The notes beneath the pieces are model-generated. The model was not told the origin of the DNA. It saw nothing but the letters and a program-made list of their open reading frames with translations, and did not search any database. A DNA stretch of 64,000 nucleotides from a virus. The position numbers and the translations under genes were made by a program. Location: positions 270,327 to 334,326 of the IMG/VR virus record IMGVR_UViG_3300049436_000052; one strand, 5' to 3'. Shown one piece after another: positions 1 through 13,363 of this stretch (its first letter is position 1; the number at the start of each line of letters is the position of its first letter).

Positions 1-89
1 TCAAAAAAGGCAACAAAGAAATTAAAGAAAGCAACTGAAGAAGCTAAAAAGAATATTGCCAAACGTTATAAAAATGTAGTATAGTAAAT

Positions 90-118
90 TACCCTGAGAT
101 AAATTTGTTTCAGGGTAT
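90..118 (+). terminator. Putative intrinsic terminator
   Basis: Hairpin TACCCTGAGA...TTTCAGGGTA followed by a T-rich tail, after an ORF ending at ~81. Confidence 0.55.
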
Positions 119-382
119 CTTTATAAAATGTAATTAAGTAAAATTTATCTAATACCCTTTAATATGAATCGACACAATAAAGTAAAAGAAATTTTGGAAC
201 ATGCAAAAGAAATAAATACAAATCTTGCAACTATTGTATTTTTACTAGCAACATTAAACGATAAACAACTTACAAAATTTTATAAGGGATTTTTATCAAA
301 AGTATCTAATGATACACCCAAAGATAATATGACAAACGAATTAAAATAATTTTATCTCATAGCAATTTATTAATCATAATTT

Positions 383-1069
383 ATGAAACATAATGTTATA
401 AAGCACGTTTCCAAACAAGACCTTATAAATTTACTTCTTAACTGGAAATTTGGAACACAACCTGCTTCAATACAATATTTAACTCGACCTGCTTTAAACA
501 AAGAAGGAAAAAAACTATTTGGTTCTATTATAAAACTTGCAAATGTTGGTTGCTTAATTGGATATAACTATCAAAATTCTGTTAATAATAAATTACTAAA
601 AGAAAATAAGATAAGAAAATCCAATGAAATAAAAGTTACTAAAGAAAATTTATCAAACGATAATCCTGAAACAAATTTATCTCAAAACAATTCTTTAAAT
701 AATAATTTATCTCAGGGCAATTCCTTAAACGAATTTAATCAAAAGTCATTTAATAACAAATTTAATTGTAATAAATTTATTAGTGGTGATTTATGGCATG
801 GTAAAGGTAAAAGGATCAGTTCATGCCTCGTTCAACATACTGAAAAGAATACTTTCTATTTATCATTTAAACACCAACAAACATTTAAAAGCTTCTATCT
901 GACAGACGATCTTACTCCTGTTAAGAGTGAAGTACTGGAAAATTATTTGCAAGGCTCTAAACCAACAAACCAAAATGTAAATGAAGGATCTGAAATACTT
1001 CATAGGGAAATTCTAATAGATAACATTAAGAAAATTAAATTCAAAGGGATTACTTACTTAATAACCTAA
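383..1069 (+). CDS. Hypothetical phage protein with internal Asn-rich NLSQxNSLN repeats
   Basis: 228 aa ORF with a low-complexity insert at ~aa 85-130. Confidence 0.6.
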   Translation: MKHNVIKHVSKQDLINLLLNWKFGTQPASIQYLTRPALNKEGKKLFGSIIKLANVGCLIGYNYQNSVNNKLLKENKIRKSNEIKVTKENLSNDNPETNLSQNNSLNNNLSQGNSLNEFNQKSFNNKFNCNKFISGDLWHGKGKRISSCLVQHTEKNTFYLSFKHQQTFKSFYLTDDLTPVKSEVLENYLQGSKPTNQNVNEGSEILHREILIDNIKKIKFKGITYLIT

Positions 1070-1287
1070 TAATAAATGTTGCTAAATAAAGTTATTATAT
1101 AAATGTTATTAGGGGAAATTTATTTAATGACATTCTATAAATGTTGTTAGGGGAAATGTTACTAAATAAATTTTATGTTATGACATTTAATAAACAACCT
1201 TTTATGAATTGGTTTTAATTAACAATATTTAATAAACTTTAACATATAAATATGATTAGATAAATTTATTATATAGACTTTTTATTA

Positions 1288-1303
1288 TGTTCCACGTGGA
1301 ACA
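1288..1303. promoter_or_regulatory. parS: parS-like centromere palindrome TGTTCCACGTGGAACA
   Basis: Perfect 16-bp palindrome (18 bp with flanks) matching the bacterial parS consensus TGTTNCACGTGAAACA, in a non-coding region. Confidence 0.75.
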
Positions 1304-2438
1304 TTTTCTTTGTGTATAATGGACACACACCATAACCGTCCCTTAGTACCCCCGCCATACGCGGCTTCTGTGGGGGTGTGGGTACTACATGAGAAATTCC
1401 TCTAGGAAAAAAAATTCTATAAAAAATTTTCTATAAAAAATTTTCTGTAAAGTATAATTAACATTTTATAAATTCCTATAAAGTTATTATCTTTGCATAA
1501 TTTCTAAGGTCATAATTTTTTCTAAAAATTTTTTTAGAAGTTTAAATTTAAAGCAAGTTTATTAAATATTTTTTTTTCAGGGCTATAAAACAAATTTATT
1601 TTATGAAATACAAATTAATAAAAGGTATAAAGGAAAGATTATATGATGAATTGATGCGTACTAAGTTTGATAAATATCATATAGATGTGTTATATGATAT
1701 TTTGTTTGATGAATTGAATACATATGATGAAGAAATAGATAGGATTATATCGGATTCGCTATATATTTAAATTTAATTAAAAGTATTTTATGGAAAAAAT
1801 TTTAATTGACAATTTAATGAAAAATTTGGTAGATGAATTAATTGACAAGCCTATATTCATCTACTTGCCACCTATTTCAACTATGAAAACGGATTTTTAT
1901 AAAATTTTGTTTAATGATTTATATGAAAAATTATCAGAAGATGAATTTGAATTACGAAGATTATTTTAATAAACATTATTTTATGAAAAGTATAGAAAAC
2001 AATTTTATATCGCCATTCAAAAAGAAAATTCATTTAAATGATGAGTTAATTAATTCTCACACTCATTTTTATTGTTTGGGAGATAATAAAGATTTAACAG
2101 ATGATTTGATAAAGGAAATTTATTCAAAATTAATTAGAGAAATAAACAGAGAACGTATTTCATTAGAGAATGGTGTATTTTTTTTGATAGCTTAATTACA
2201 GAGAAAAGCATGGGGTTTCTGGATTTGCCAGTAAATTATATTTTAAGAAATATTTAGTTATGAAAGATGAATTAAGAAAGAGAATATCAATAAATTGGGA
2301 AGATGAGTTATTAGACTATGGAATTTTATATGCAGTTAAATTTAGCAAAGATACACGTCTAAGTCTTTTACATAAAATTTTATTTAATGAATTGGATTCA
2401 CAAGATGATGAATTAAAAAACATTCTTGAACAAATAAT

Positions 2439-2828
2439 TTAATTCATAGTAATTTCATGAATCTTATTTAAAATAATAGATTCTTTTTTATAGGTTCTGG
2501 GTGAAGATAATCTTATGATATGAATTTCATTATCTTTACAAAATCTATTTTTTAATTTATCGGTTTTTCTAATTCGTTTAAGTTTTTTTAAACCATAAAT
2601 TGGTTGTGTATGATGTAAACCATCATATTCTATAATAAGATTATACTTAGGAAGATAAAAATCAAATGGTAATAAATTTATATTACGACAACTATTAAAC
2701 ACTTTTTGATAAATGAATTCTAAATTATTTTTGATTAAAATCTCAGCAACAATTTTTTCACCTGTTGACATTTTATCCTGTGTTAAATTTGTCATAAATT
2801 TGTTAATTAAATATAAAACAATTCGCAA
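2439..2828 (-). CDS. DUF559/Vsr-like PD-(D/E)XK endonuclease
   Basis: S.GE..V, LPFDFYLP, IIEYDG.HH, D..K..FC motifs. Confidence 0.7.
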   Translation of the reverse strand: MRIVLYLINKFMTNLTQDKMSTGEKIVAEILIKNNLEFIYQKVFNSCRNINLLPFDFYLPKYNLIIEYDGLHHTQPIYGLKKLKRIRKTDKLKNRFCKDNEIHIIRLSSPRTYKKESIILNKIHEITMN

Positions 2829-4118
2829 ATTTAAATAAATATTTTATATTTGTTGGTTAATAATCCTGAAATATTTTCATTTAACAACAAATTTACTATG
2901 AAGTCATTTATTAATAAGAGTTATAAAATTTTAGTTATTGTAATTTATAAAAAAAATGTAAATGATAGATAATTTATTATGTGGTATAAGAAAGAATTTG
3001 TATGATGAATTAATTCAAAACATTTTTTATCGTGATTATATTTCTGGAAAAATAGTAGAAAGAAAATTTATAGATTTGTTGTTTAATAATTTATTTGAAT
3101 TAACTGAACAGGATTTTGAATTGTATGACACTATTGAATAGATAATTTAGCTCAAAAAAATTTATTTCAAAATAATAAGTTTAATTAAATTTACTAAAGA
3201 AATTAATTATGAAATATAAATTATTAACTGGTATAAAAAAGAATTTGTATGATAACTTTATTGGCGAATATATAATTTATACCACAATTTCTTCAATTAT
3301 AGATAATGGTTTATATGATAATTTGCTAAGTAGTTTATATGATGAATTACGTGATATGGATGATGATTTTCATTTTTTATTATGTAGAACAATTTATTTT
3401 ATTTAAACAATATTTAGAGAAATTTAGTTATTATAATTTATGAAAATAAACAAATTAAATAAAAAATTATTAAATAGTTTGTGTGATGAGTTAATTATTA
3501 ATTATTGTTCATTTATTTGTATATCAATAAAAACTTCACCAAATTATATGAAAATTTCAGATAGCTTATCATTTCAAGAATTAAATATGGAATCAGATAT
3601 ATTAGATAGTATGTTTTGTCAAGAAATTAGTGAATAAGATTTATTTCATAACAATGTATTTGAAGTGGTTTCTTTACCCTAATTTATAAAAAAAATTAGT
3701 TATGGACATTGATTTAGAAAATAACATTAGAAGTTTTTTGAATGATGAGTTAATTAATCATTCTATATTTATTGGTATTAATTTGACATATCTGAATAAA
3801 GATATTTATTGGGTTTTATATAATGATTTATTCGATGATTTACATAATATTGAACTTAGGTTACATCAAATAATATCTATAAAAACTTAGTTACTATGTT
3901 TACAGAAAAATTAGATAACAAATTACGAAATTTAGAAATACTTAATATTATATTAACAATAGACAATGATTTAATATATGAATTGTCTGACAAGATTTGG
4001 GATGAAATACATTTAAATAATCAGGAATTGTTTATAACGATAAGTAATATTTTGTTTAATATCAATGATAATATTAAATATGACTAAGATAAATTTGGAT
4101 TATAATGTTATTGCACAT

Positions 4119-4170
4119 ATTGATAGCAATATTATTGATAGCAATATTATTGATAGCAATATTATTGATA
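4119..4170 (+). repeat. In-frame 15-nt tandem repeat ATTGATAGCAATATT, ~3.5 copies (IDSNI)
   Basis: Directly visible inside ORF 4065..4328. Confidence 0.85.
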
Positions 4171-7100
4171 ATTTAAAGGATGAATTAATATCATCTAATA
4201 AATATATAATTACATTAGAATTAGATGATATTAATTTTTTATTGGTAAATGAATTAGATGTTATTTTACTTAGAAGTCTTTTTAATGAAGAAAATGATTT
4301 ACATGAGTTAATGTTAGATGTTATTTAAAACTATTAGTTAAAGGTAATTTATTAAAAGCAGTTTAATAAACTAAGTTTTATGATAAATTTTAATGAGAAC
4401 TTATTAGGAAAAATAAGTAATGAACTTGAGGATTCTTTATTGAAAATAGGTTTAGTGAAGTATAAATATAATATAGAATCGACCATATTTAGTGAATTAC
4501 ATGTGGAAATATTTAGTGAATTGTATGGGGAAGTATATAATTCAGAATCAGAATTATTTTTCTCAATAACGCAATTATTAGATGATGAAGAATATTTATG
4601 ATTATCATTAATAAAAATTTAATAATGATTTTAGTTAAACGGGATGGGAAATTAATAGCCTTTAAATTATAAAATTGATTAATAAGTATTTTTATCTAAA
4701 GGTTAATATGTAAAATTTATATTATGATAAATATAATAAGATTTGAAAATCAACTTATCAATAAATTATCAGATGAATTAATACAAAGTGAAATTGCAGT
4801 TCCACAAAATTATTTAGAAGGTCTATTGTGGTTTGATTTGAATTTTTGGGATACTGAATTAATTCATTCTATTAATATTGAATTATAAAGGACTAATTTA
4901 TAATTTTTATGTTATGATATCATTACAAAAATTTATCTGACGAATTGATAGATAGAAATATTTTTATATATTCTTATTCTAATAATAGAATATTACGAGA
5001 TTTGCTATTGGTTGAAATCTATGTGTGGGATTTTGATTTATTTGATTCTATTAATATTTGTATATAAGATTTTTAGTGAGCATGTGTTATGATAAACATA
5101 GTAAGATTTGAAAATATTATTTTGAACAATATGTCTGATAATTTGATAGATAAAAATGTGTTTATAAAACCTTATTCTATAACATTTTATAATATAATAT
5201 ACGATTTATTAATAACTGAAATAAATGAGCAAGAAAATGATTTATATCGTTGTATTAATAGTAAAATATTTGAATTTTAATAAACATTGTATTATGAAAA
5301 ACAAACTAAATGAAAATTTAATCACAAATTTATCTGATAAATTAATAGATAAAAGTATTGTTATAAGTCCATTTCTTAATAAAAAAATATTATACGAATT
5401 GTTGTTATTTGAAATAGATCTACAAGACAGTCGTTTGATTATGTGTGTTGATAGATGTCTATTTTTTTAATAAACATTATATGAACATGATGACATGAAA
5501 GACCGATTATAATAATTAATTAATGGTGTTTAAGTTATGTTTGAGAAATCTTTAGAATTAAAATTTTATAAATATCGTTCTATGCGTTATGCAGTAAGTT
5601 TTTTTGAGAATCTACTTATCAATAATTTATTAGATGAGTTAATAAAAAGTGAAATTGTTTGTTGGTCTGATGTGTGTTTCTCTACATCACTTAAATTATT
5701 ATACAACGAATTGTATTTTGATATTAATAATAGTAATAGCAAATTAATACATCTAATAAATGCACAAGTTTGAATCATATTTTTACAAAATTAAGATTTT
5801 ATGAAAACATTTTTAAATAAATCTTAATTTTTTTAAATTTATAATTAAATACAATGATGGGTTGGTAAGGATTTCAGTAGATTCTGTTAAAAATAAGAAA
5901 TAATATAAAAAAATATGGTTGATAGTCGATTTTCTTGTAGTCATCTTAATAAGTATGACTTATTTTTTGATGCTGTAGAACCCTATGGTGTTTATATAAA
6001 AGTTGTTTTTGGTGATGTAGTAATCAAAGATGAAGAACTTGATTTATTATTAAGAATATCGATTATTAATAATAATATGTAAAAATATGACTAATAAATC
6101 TTTTAATAAGAAATTTATTCACAAGAAACTAGATAAAGCAATATTTGAATTGGAATTGGAATCAATGGAATACGATGAACTTGGATATAAGTTATATTTT
6201 GAACTTAGAAAAGGTTTATACAATAATATTTTTAGTGATTTACATAACTTAGTAATTTTATCAATTAAATAAAATTTACTAAAGAAATTAATTATGGAAT
6301 ATAAATTAATAATTGCTATAAAAGAAAATTTAGAGGTGTTAGCAATTATGAATTGAATGACATTTCTGGTGAAGTTTTTATTTTTTTAAAGAATAGTTTT
6401 TCAGATATTGAGGACAGAAATAATGAATTATCTACTTCACTTTTTTACTTTATTTGATTAAATAGATAAATTTGTTGATAATAAATTAATAATATATTTT
6501 TAAATAATTATGGAATATGTTGAACTAACTTTTGAAGGAACTGTTGAATCTAACTTATTTCATAATTTCATTTATTCTTTAGATGAAGATGTATTTAGCG
6601 ATGATCTTATTTATAGTGATGTTGGTAGTATATTACAAGATTTCGAACAACTATTAGATAGTATTTTTGTTTGGGAGTTAATAGATTTAATTTAATAAAA
6701 AACATATCATATGTTAAGATTTGATATAGATTCTAAAAATAAACTTTCAAGTGAATTATCTGATGAATTAATTAATATTACCAGTATACTTTTTCTATAT
6801 AGAGAAGATGTGTTGTCGAGTGATTTATATAAGGAATTGCGTGGTATATTATTTATAGAATCATTTAATATATGTGATGATTTAAATGATATTTTAAAAA
6901 ATGAACTAGGATATGTTTATTAATTTAATTGTTCTTTTCTTAGCATTTTAACAAAAAACGAAAAAATGCTATTACATTTAATAATATAATTTTTATATAT
7001 GAAACAAAATTTTTGACTATATTTTCCATCTATGGAAGTTAGAATAAAATCATTATTTGAAGATTCTTGATACCATGCAACCATGTTCTTTTTAAAAATA

Positions 7101-8517
7101 GTTGACATGGGTTTGATGATTTTAACTAAAGTATTTTCCATAAAATAGTTTTAAAATAAATAGTTAAACAATAGACAATAATACATTCAAAAAAATATAA
7201 ATATGAATAATATTTTAACCGGAAATCTTCTTAATTCTTTATCTGATGAACTTATCGATAAATTCCTTTGGTTTAATACCAAACCACATTTTTATTACGA
7301 TCTATATCTTGAAATGAGTAATATATTATATTCAGAAATTTCTGAAAAAACTATTGAATTAGATAATGCAATTTCTGCCGCTTTTAACCAAATAAATTTT
7401 ATCCAATGAAAAAAATAGATGAATTATTTTTTGATAGCGATTTAACAAAAAATCTTCTTGATGGAATTTTAGATAGTTTAATTGATAGTTTTTTTATATA
7501 TTCTTTGCGCACTGTTTGCATTGATAGGGATTTACAAAAAGAATTAAATAAATTAATAATTGATGAAATGAGGAATAATGACGATCAATTAAACGGAGCG
7601 TTTGACAATACAATATATTTTTTACCAAATAACGAATTCTAAAACATGAATAATTTAGAAAATATACTTTTAAATAAATTAAATGATGAACTTATTGATA
7701 ATTATGCTATTTTTTATTTACCTAATAACTTGTTAGAAGAAAAAGTTTATGTAGAATTGATAATATTGGTGAGAGATGAAATGGAAACTCTTGATGATAT
7801 GTTAGTTATTGACTCTTAATTCTTTTGAAATTAAATCTGTAACATCATCCAGTATGTAGTGATTAAATTCTAGGTTATTGAAAATAAAATGCCTTACTAG
7901 AACATCGGTTTTTTTCTCTATTGAAGAATTAAATTTTTCATGTATTTTAACACAAATTTTATCTAATCTATTACAAATCTTTAAAATATTTCTTTTATGA
8001 GGGAATTTCATTTTGACATATAATTATTTCAAGAATTATTATCTTTTTTCCATTTATTAAAAATTTCTATTTGCCTTTTTGTTAATTCTTCAGCCTTTTC
8101 TGATATTTTTCTTAAAAGATTATTTTCTTCTTCGTTAGTTTCGTCCCACATTTTATCTTCACGATAACCCAAATAAGATAATAAATCAATAAACATCATT
8201 TCATTTGAAGTTTTTAATTTACTTTCTAGTGGAATGCTTTTCATCAAATCTTCTATTAATTTTGATGTATATTCTTTGGGTTTAGGAATCTTTTTCATTA
8301 TTATATAACATTAACATTAAATCATGTTCAAAATCTATTTTTAGTAAATCACCAATTTCTAAAAAAAGTCTTCTACTAACCTCATAAAAGAAATCTTTAT
8401 CCTTCATAGTAGTAAAATATTTACATTTTTTTAAAACTTTTTGACGTGTTTTAATGCTATTAGTTTTAAGTAAAGCAAGTGTTGAAGAATCAATGTGGTT
8501 AAAATTCATAGCATATT

Positions 8518-9159
8518 CTATTTTAAATCATAAAATGGATAATTTTCTGAAAACGATGATGAAATTGTAATCATATATAAACCATTATCTGATTTAAATA
8601 TAATTGCACCATCATTCCATCCAGCAATATGACTAAAATCTTTACAGTCAAAATAGGTTAAGATATTTAATAAACTTCTAAAATATTTAATTTTAAATTT
8701 AATTGAATTAATAGTAAATATCTCTTCATCACGTGGGACTAAATTATCAATTTCTTTATAAATTCCAGTTCCATTACAATTTTTACAATCGTTTGTATGT
8801 CCACAAACATTACACGAAATCTTACCAGTTCCATCACATGATTCACAGTCAATAATTTCTTTTGTTTTTGGACATTTATCAATTATTTCCTGAAGAGTTT
8901 CGGTTTTTATTGTAAATGGGTGGTTTATATGTGTATGATTTAGTAAATTAGTTATTTTAATTGCAGCATCTTCATCTAAAAATGAAATTTCATCAATATC
9001 TGGATCTGAAACAATATCTAATGGAAATAACCAAATAACTGTAGTGTTCGTTGCACCAATATATTTAATATCGTTCCATATAATAAAGAATGGTTGTGAA
9101 TATTCTACATGATGTGAATTCTGTTCTACACAATATTTTTTTAAAAATTTTATAATCAT
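8518..9159 (-). CDS. Protein with DnaJ-type CxxCxGxG zinc finger
   Basis: CESCDGTG, CNVCG, CKNCNGTG. Confidence 0.55.
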   Translation of the reverse strand: MIIKFLKKYCVEQNSHHVEYSQPFFIIWNDIKYIGATNTTVIWLFPLDIVSDPDIDEISFLDEDAAIKITNLLNHTHINHPFTIKTETLQEIIDKCPKTKEIIDCESCDGTGKISCNVCGHTNDCKNCNGTGIYKEIDNLVPRDEEIFTINSIKFKIKYFRSLLNILTYFDCKDFSHIAGWNDGAIIFKSDNGLYMITISSSFSENYPFYDLK

Positions 9160-10402
9160 AATTTAATTATAGATAAAAAATAAATGTTTTATTAAAAATA
9201 ATGACCAAATGTTTTTATTTTCTCAAGAATGTTTGTATTATTACTTTCTTTGATTTTATTAATCAAAGGTTTGTGCACTTGTTTGAATTCACCATTATAT
9301 AATTTTATTAAATAAATATCGTTTCTTTTAATTTCGTGAATTCTTCCTATTAATGGAATATGATTAGAATATTGATAGCATTGAACTTCGTCACCAATAT
9401 TTATTTTATTCGAATTATTCTTCAACATCATTATATGAATTTATTTCTTATTATTTCTTTTAATCTTTTTAAAAAAGAGGTTGATGAATTATTAATTTTA
9501 GATAAAATTTCTTCAATTTCTTTTTCCATGCCAGAAATTACATAATTTGCTTTTTCAAGTTCTTCTCCAAGCAATTTATTGTCTTTGGTTAATTCATTAA
9601 TTGCTTCGTTTGTAGTGTAGTAGGCGTCTTTTAGAATATGAATACCTCCAAAAAAACTATTACTTTGTTTAACATTAGCAAAATAAACCTTACCATCAAT
9701 TATTTGTTTTTTAAATTCTTTAAGTTCCTTTAATAATTCTCTGTCTTTTAGATATTCGCTAAGACTTATTGTTACTTTATTTTCTTCCATAATTCTTTTT
9801 ATTACCTTTATTATTATTTTTAGATTCTTTTTTATTTATAAATGTTTTATATTCAACTTTACATTTTGGACATAAGATTCTTTTCTTTACATCTAGGACA
9901 TTTGTAGCTTTTGTTTTAAAATAAACTTTATGTAATTTACAATAAATTATTACATGACTATAATTTGATTTGTACTTACATTTATCAAAACCACAATATT
10001 TTCCCCGTAGCTCAATTCCTTTTTCAATATATTCTTTATTTGACGAATATTGAATTAATTTAACTAAAGACGATAGTGCAAATATAAGAATAATTAATGG
10101 AATTATATAATATAAAATAGCTCTTTTCATTTATCTAAGTTTAAAAAAAATTTCAAAATTAAACAATAAATTCGATAACCAATATAAAGACCAGTTAATT
10201 CGATACAGAGAATCATATTGTGAAATAAATCAAAGGGTTTGATGATTATTAAAACCAATGCCCAAACAATCACTACCAATATTAAATGTTTCATAATTAT
10301 TAAATTAAATTCATAACTAATATTTTCATCTTTTTCTTTTAAAGAATCAAAATGTAAATCTTCTAATTTCATTATATTATACGAATTTATTCAATAATTG
10401 TT

Positions 10403-11119
10403 TCATCTTTTAATTATTTTTAACATCTCATAAAAGGCTTTGGAGAACATAAACGGAATATTTCTCAAATCGGCAAAACCATAAAATCCTGTTGAATAGA
10501 ACCTATGGCATTCAATTATAAACGTGTGTTGGTAATTAACCCCTACATCTAACGAATATGCAATTGGAGCATCATTGTATTCAATTATCATTTCTTTAAT
10601 TAAATTAATATCTGGAAATATTGTAAAATCCCCTAGATAATTCTGAAGTCCAACTAATTTGTTTTCATAAACAAACGCTCGCCATTCTGATTGAATATCA
10701 ATAACATCTGAAATTTGGTAATTTCCTTGAGGAATGTCTTTTATATTGTTTTCGTCATAGATGCCAGTAAAATCAACATCATTTATTTTAAATTTGATAA
10801 TATCATTTGATTTAACGAATTTCTTTCCATAAATATCTTTTTCAGTTCCGTTGATAACGTTTCTTCTGGTGAATTTATAGTGATTTATTGAATCTGGAAT
10901 ATTTAACGGTTTCAATTTTATGTTAAAATATGTTAAAAGATAATTTTCAACGAATTCGATCGATCCTATTGGAATGTAATTAGGAAATAATTTCTCATCC
11001 GTTAATTTAAATTTAATAGAATTTGGTTTGAGCCAATTATTAAATTCAATTGCTTTTAATAAGGTAAAAGCAAATTCATGTTCAATCTTTTTATTGATAG
11101 TTTGTATTAGGAATTTCAT
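10403..11119 (-). CDS. ATP-grasp domain protein (DUF4343/R2K-like)
   Basis: PIGSIEFV, FVKS, SEWRAFV, AYSLDVG, IIECH motifs. Confidence 0.65.
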   Translation of the reverse strand: MKFLIQTINKKIEHEFAFTLLKAIEFNNWLKPNSIKFKLTDEKLFPNYIPIGSIEFVENYLLTYFNIKLKPLNIPDSINHYKFTRRNVINGTEKDIYGKKFVKSNDIIKFKINDVDFTGIYDENNIKDIPQGNYQISDVIDIQSEWRAFVYENKLVGLQNYLGDFTIFPDINLIKEMIIEYNDAPIAYSLDVGVNYQHTFIIECHRFYSTGFYGFADLRNIPFMFSKAFYEMLKIIKR

Positions 11120-11183
11120 GTTAAAATTTTAATACAAAAATACAAAAAAATATTTAATTAATCTATTATATAACTAATAAGAT

Positions 11184-13265
11184 TTAAATCATTTCTAATT
11201 CTTTTTTTATTAATTTAATAATATGTTCTTTAATATTAAAAGGAATTTCTGATTGATCAATATAATTCTTTAGGGATTTAATTGGAATTTTTACTTTTTT
11301 AGATGGTTTCTTATCATCCTTGTATTCAATTGTTGCATTAATATATGGTTCATTATTTTCAGAATTATTAACTACATTATTAATAAATAATGTTCCATTT
11401 TTCATTTCCTTTTGAGCAAAACTATTCCTTGTATCTACAAAGTCAAATTTTAATCTTTTTAACTCATTATCGACTTCAGTACTTATTTTTGAATCCACAT
11501 AATATTCACTATCTGGATCATCAAGATCATTAAGAATCTTAACCAATTCGTCATTAATTTTACGATTAAGATTATCATAATCTGCATTATTCCATCCAGC
11601 TTCAGAAACAGTATCTATTGAAAAATCTGGAAGATTGTTTTTTATTTGGTCGATAAGATCATCAAATGTCATTGCATTAATTTCATTATTAACCACATAT
11701 TCAACCATATCATCAATTACAAATTTAACATTATTGTCATTATCAAAATCAAACGGTATTTTACTCATTTGGTTATTTGCTTCTTTAATTTCTGCTTCAT
11801 TGTGTGCCAATTCAAGTTCTCCTAAATAAACATCTTTTATATCATCTAATTCATATTTTTCGATGAAATTTTTAATTGCACCATCTTCATCATCAAAATC
11901 ATTAATTTTTGTTCTATCATAACCAAAATTCTTTGCAATATCTTTTAATAGATTGAGATTATCGTCATTTAAATAATTCTTTATATAATTCAATTCTTCT
12001 TCGTCTGAATAATAGCCCATATTATATGCATCTTGTTCAGACATTCCTTGTATCCAATTAAAATCACTATAATCAATATCAAAATATTCAATTATTTCTT
12101 TTGGTGTTAATCCAATATAAACATTATTATCAAGAACTTCAACTTTACTCTCATCACCATATTCAGTAACAATATTGCTACTTTGAATTGATGTAATTAA
12201 TAAATCAGGTTCATTTTCACCATTTTTTATAACAGACATAATAGAATCTGAAGTATTGGAAATTGCATCAACTAACTTCTTTTTATATTCTACAATATAA
12301 TTATTAAAAATATCAAAATTTAAATTTTTTTCTTTAACAATTTTATCTAAATTTGTTTGTCTATCATCTTTTAAATGTGTGGTTGAATGTTCTGGATTTT
12401 TTTGATCGTATGCAGTTCCAACCAAATAATTAACATTTTCTGCTGGATAATTGAAGTCCCAAATAAAAAAATAATAATTTTTACCTGCTTTATATTGTTT
12501 CCAATATGAAAAATCTCTTGTAATACACCAATTAGTTGTACATCCTAAAGTTTTAGATGCTTCAAAACTTTTTATCGAAGCAATAATTATATTAGTTTCA
12601 GAATTGTTATAAATAATATCAGCACCACTTGTATTATTAATTTTTTCTTGAATTGAATTAAAATCTTCTTTATTTTCAATACTATTAATATAATTTCTTA
12701 AATTACTAATAAATGTTCGAATATCTTTATAACCTGAAACTTTTTTTATGAAAAAATTTTGCTGTTCTGGTGTTAAAATAGTGTTATATTTATTTGCCAA
12801 TTCTTTTAATCCTTGTTTTTCAAGTTCAGAAAGTGTTGCATATTGTTGTTTTAATGTTGTTGACAATTCATTGTATAATCTTTTCAATTGTCGCATACTC
12901 TCCATATCATCTAAATCTCGTTTTAATTCACGATAATTAGCATATGTTACAACTGGTTTTGGTAAACGAGTAATGTGTTGTTTATTTTGAATTAAATAAT
13001 CATGTAATTTTTGAATATCGCTAAGTGGCATTCTTTCATTAACTAGAAACTTTGTTAATAAATGCGTATAGCCATCACCTTTAGTAATATTATTAATAGA
13101 ATCCAATATCTCTTTTCCCTTTTGATTATTAGTAGGATCTAAATTCTTTTCTTTTAAGAATTTTATTGCTTGGTTTGGATTTTCAAACAATAATCCTTCT
13201 TGTAGATAATATTGTGAAGGATTTGATTTCAATACAATATTTAAAATTTCATTTAATCTATTCAT
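11184..13265 (-). CDS. Large acidic hypothetical protein, possibly virion-associated
   Basis: ~690 aa from ATG at 13265; TNWCI motif; AGTATTTATT motif upstream at 13285-13294. Confidence 0.5.
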   Translation of the reverse strand: MNRLNEILNIVLKSNPSQYYLQEGLLFENPNQAIKFLKEKNLDPTNNQKGKEILDSINNITKGDGYTHLLTKFLVNERMPLSDIQKLHDYLIQNKQHITRLPKPVVTYANYRELKRDLDDMESMRQLKRLYNELSTTLKQQYATLSELEKQGLKELANKYNTILTPEQQNFFIKKVSGYKDIRTFISNLRNYINSIENKEDFNSIQEKINNTSGADIIYNNSETNIIIASIKSFEASKTLGCTTNWCITRDFSYWKQYKAGKNYYFFIWDFNYPAENVNYLVGTAYDQKNPEHSTTHLKDDRQTNLDKIVKEKNLNFDIFNNYIVEYKKKLVDAISNTSDSIMSVIKNGENEPDLLITSIQSSNIVTEYGDESKVEVLDNNVYIGLTPKEIIEYFDIDYSDFNWIQGMSEQDAYNMGYYSDEEELNYIKNYLNDDNLNLLKDIAKNFGYDRTKINDFDDEDGAIKNFIEKYELDDIKDVYLGELELAHNEAEIKEANNQMSKIPFDFDNDNNVKFVIDDMVEYVVNNEINAMTFDDLIDQIKNNLPDFSIDTVSEAGWNNADYDNLNRKINDELVKILNDLDDPDSEYYVDSKISTEVDNELKRLKFDFVDTRNSFAQKEMKNGTLFINNVVNNSENNEPYINATIEYKDDKKPSKKVKIPIKSLKNYIDQSEIPFNIKEHIIKLIKKELEMI

Positions 13266-13363
13266 AACTTTAACATTAATTAACAATAAATACTGAAAAT
13301 TTTTATAACAAATTTAGTTTTTTTTCGTATAATATAATAAATAATATTTAAAAATTTGTTCAT

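Larger units (their letters stand above)
1603..7820 (+). repeat. Tandem array of ~25 short (50-90 aa) acidic paralogous ORFs with an L(S/Y/N)DELI motif
   Basis: Track ORFs plus sub-60 aa ORFs read by hand (1603-1770, 1790-1969, ~2962, ~4724, ~4908, ~7647) share L..KL.DELI...LY..L..EL...D.EL. Confidence 0.75.

Noticed and set aside
1603-7820. CRISPR array or DGR target array as the explanation of the ~200-bp periodicity
   Set aside because: No identical nucleotide repeats; similarity is at protein level; no reverse transcriptase or TR/VR pair in the window
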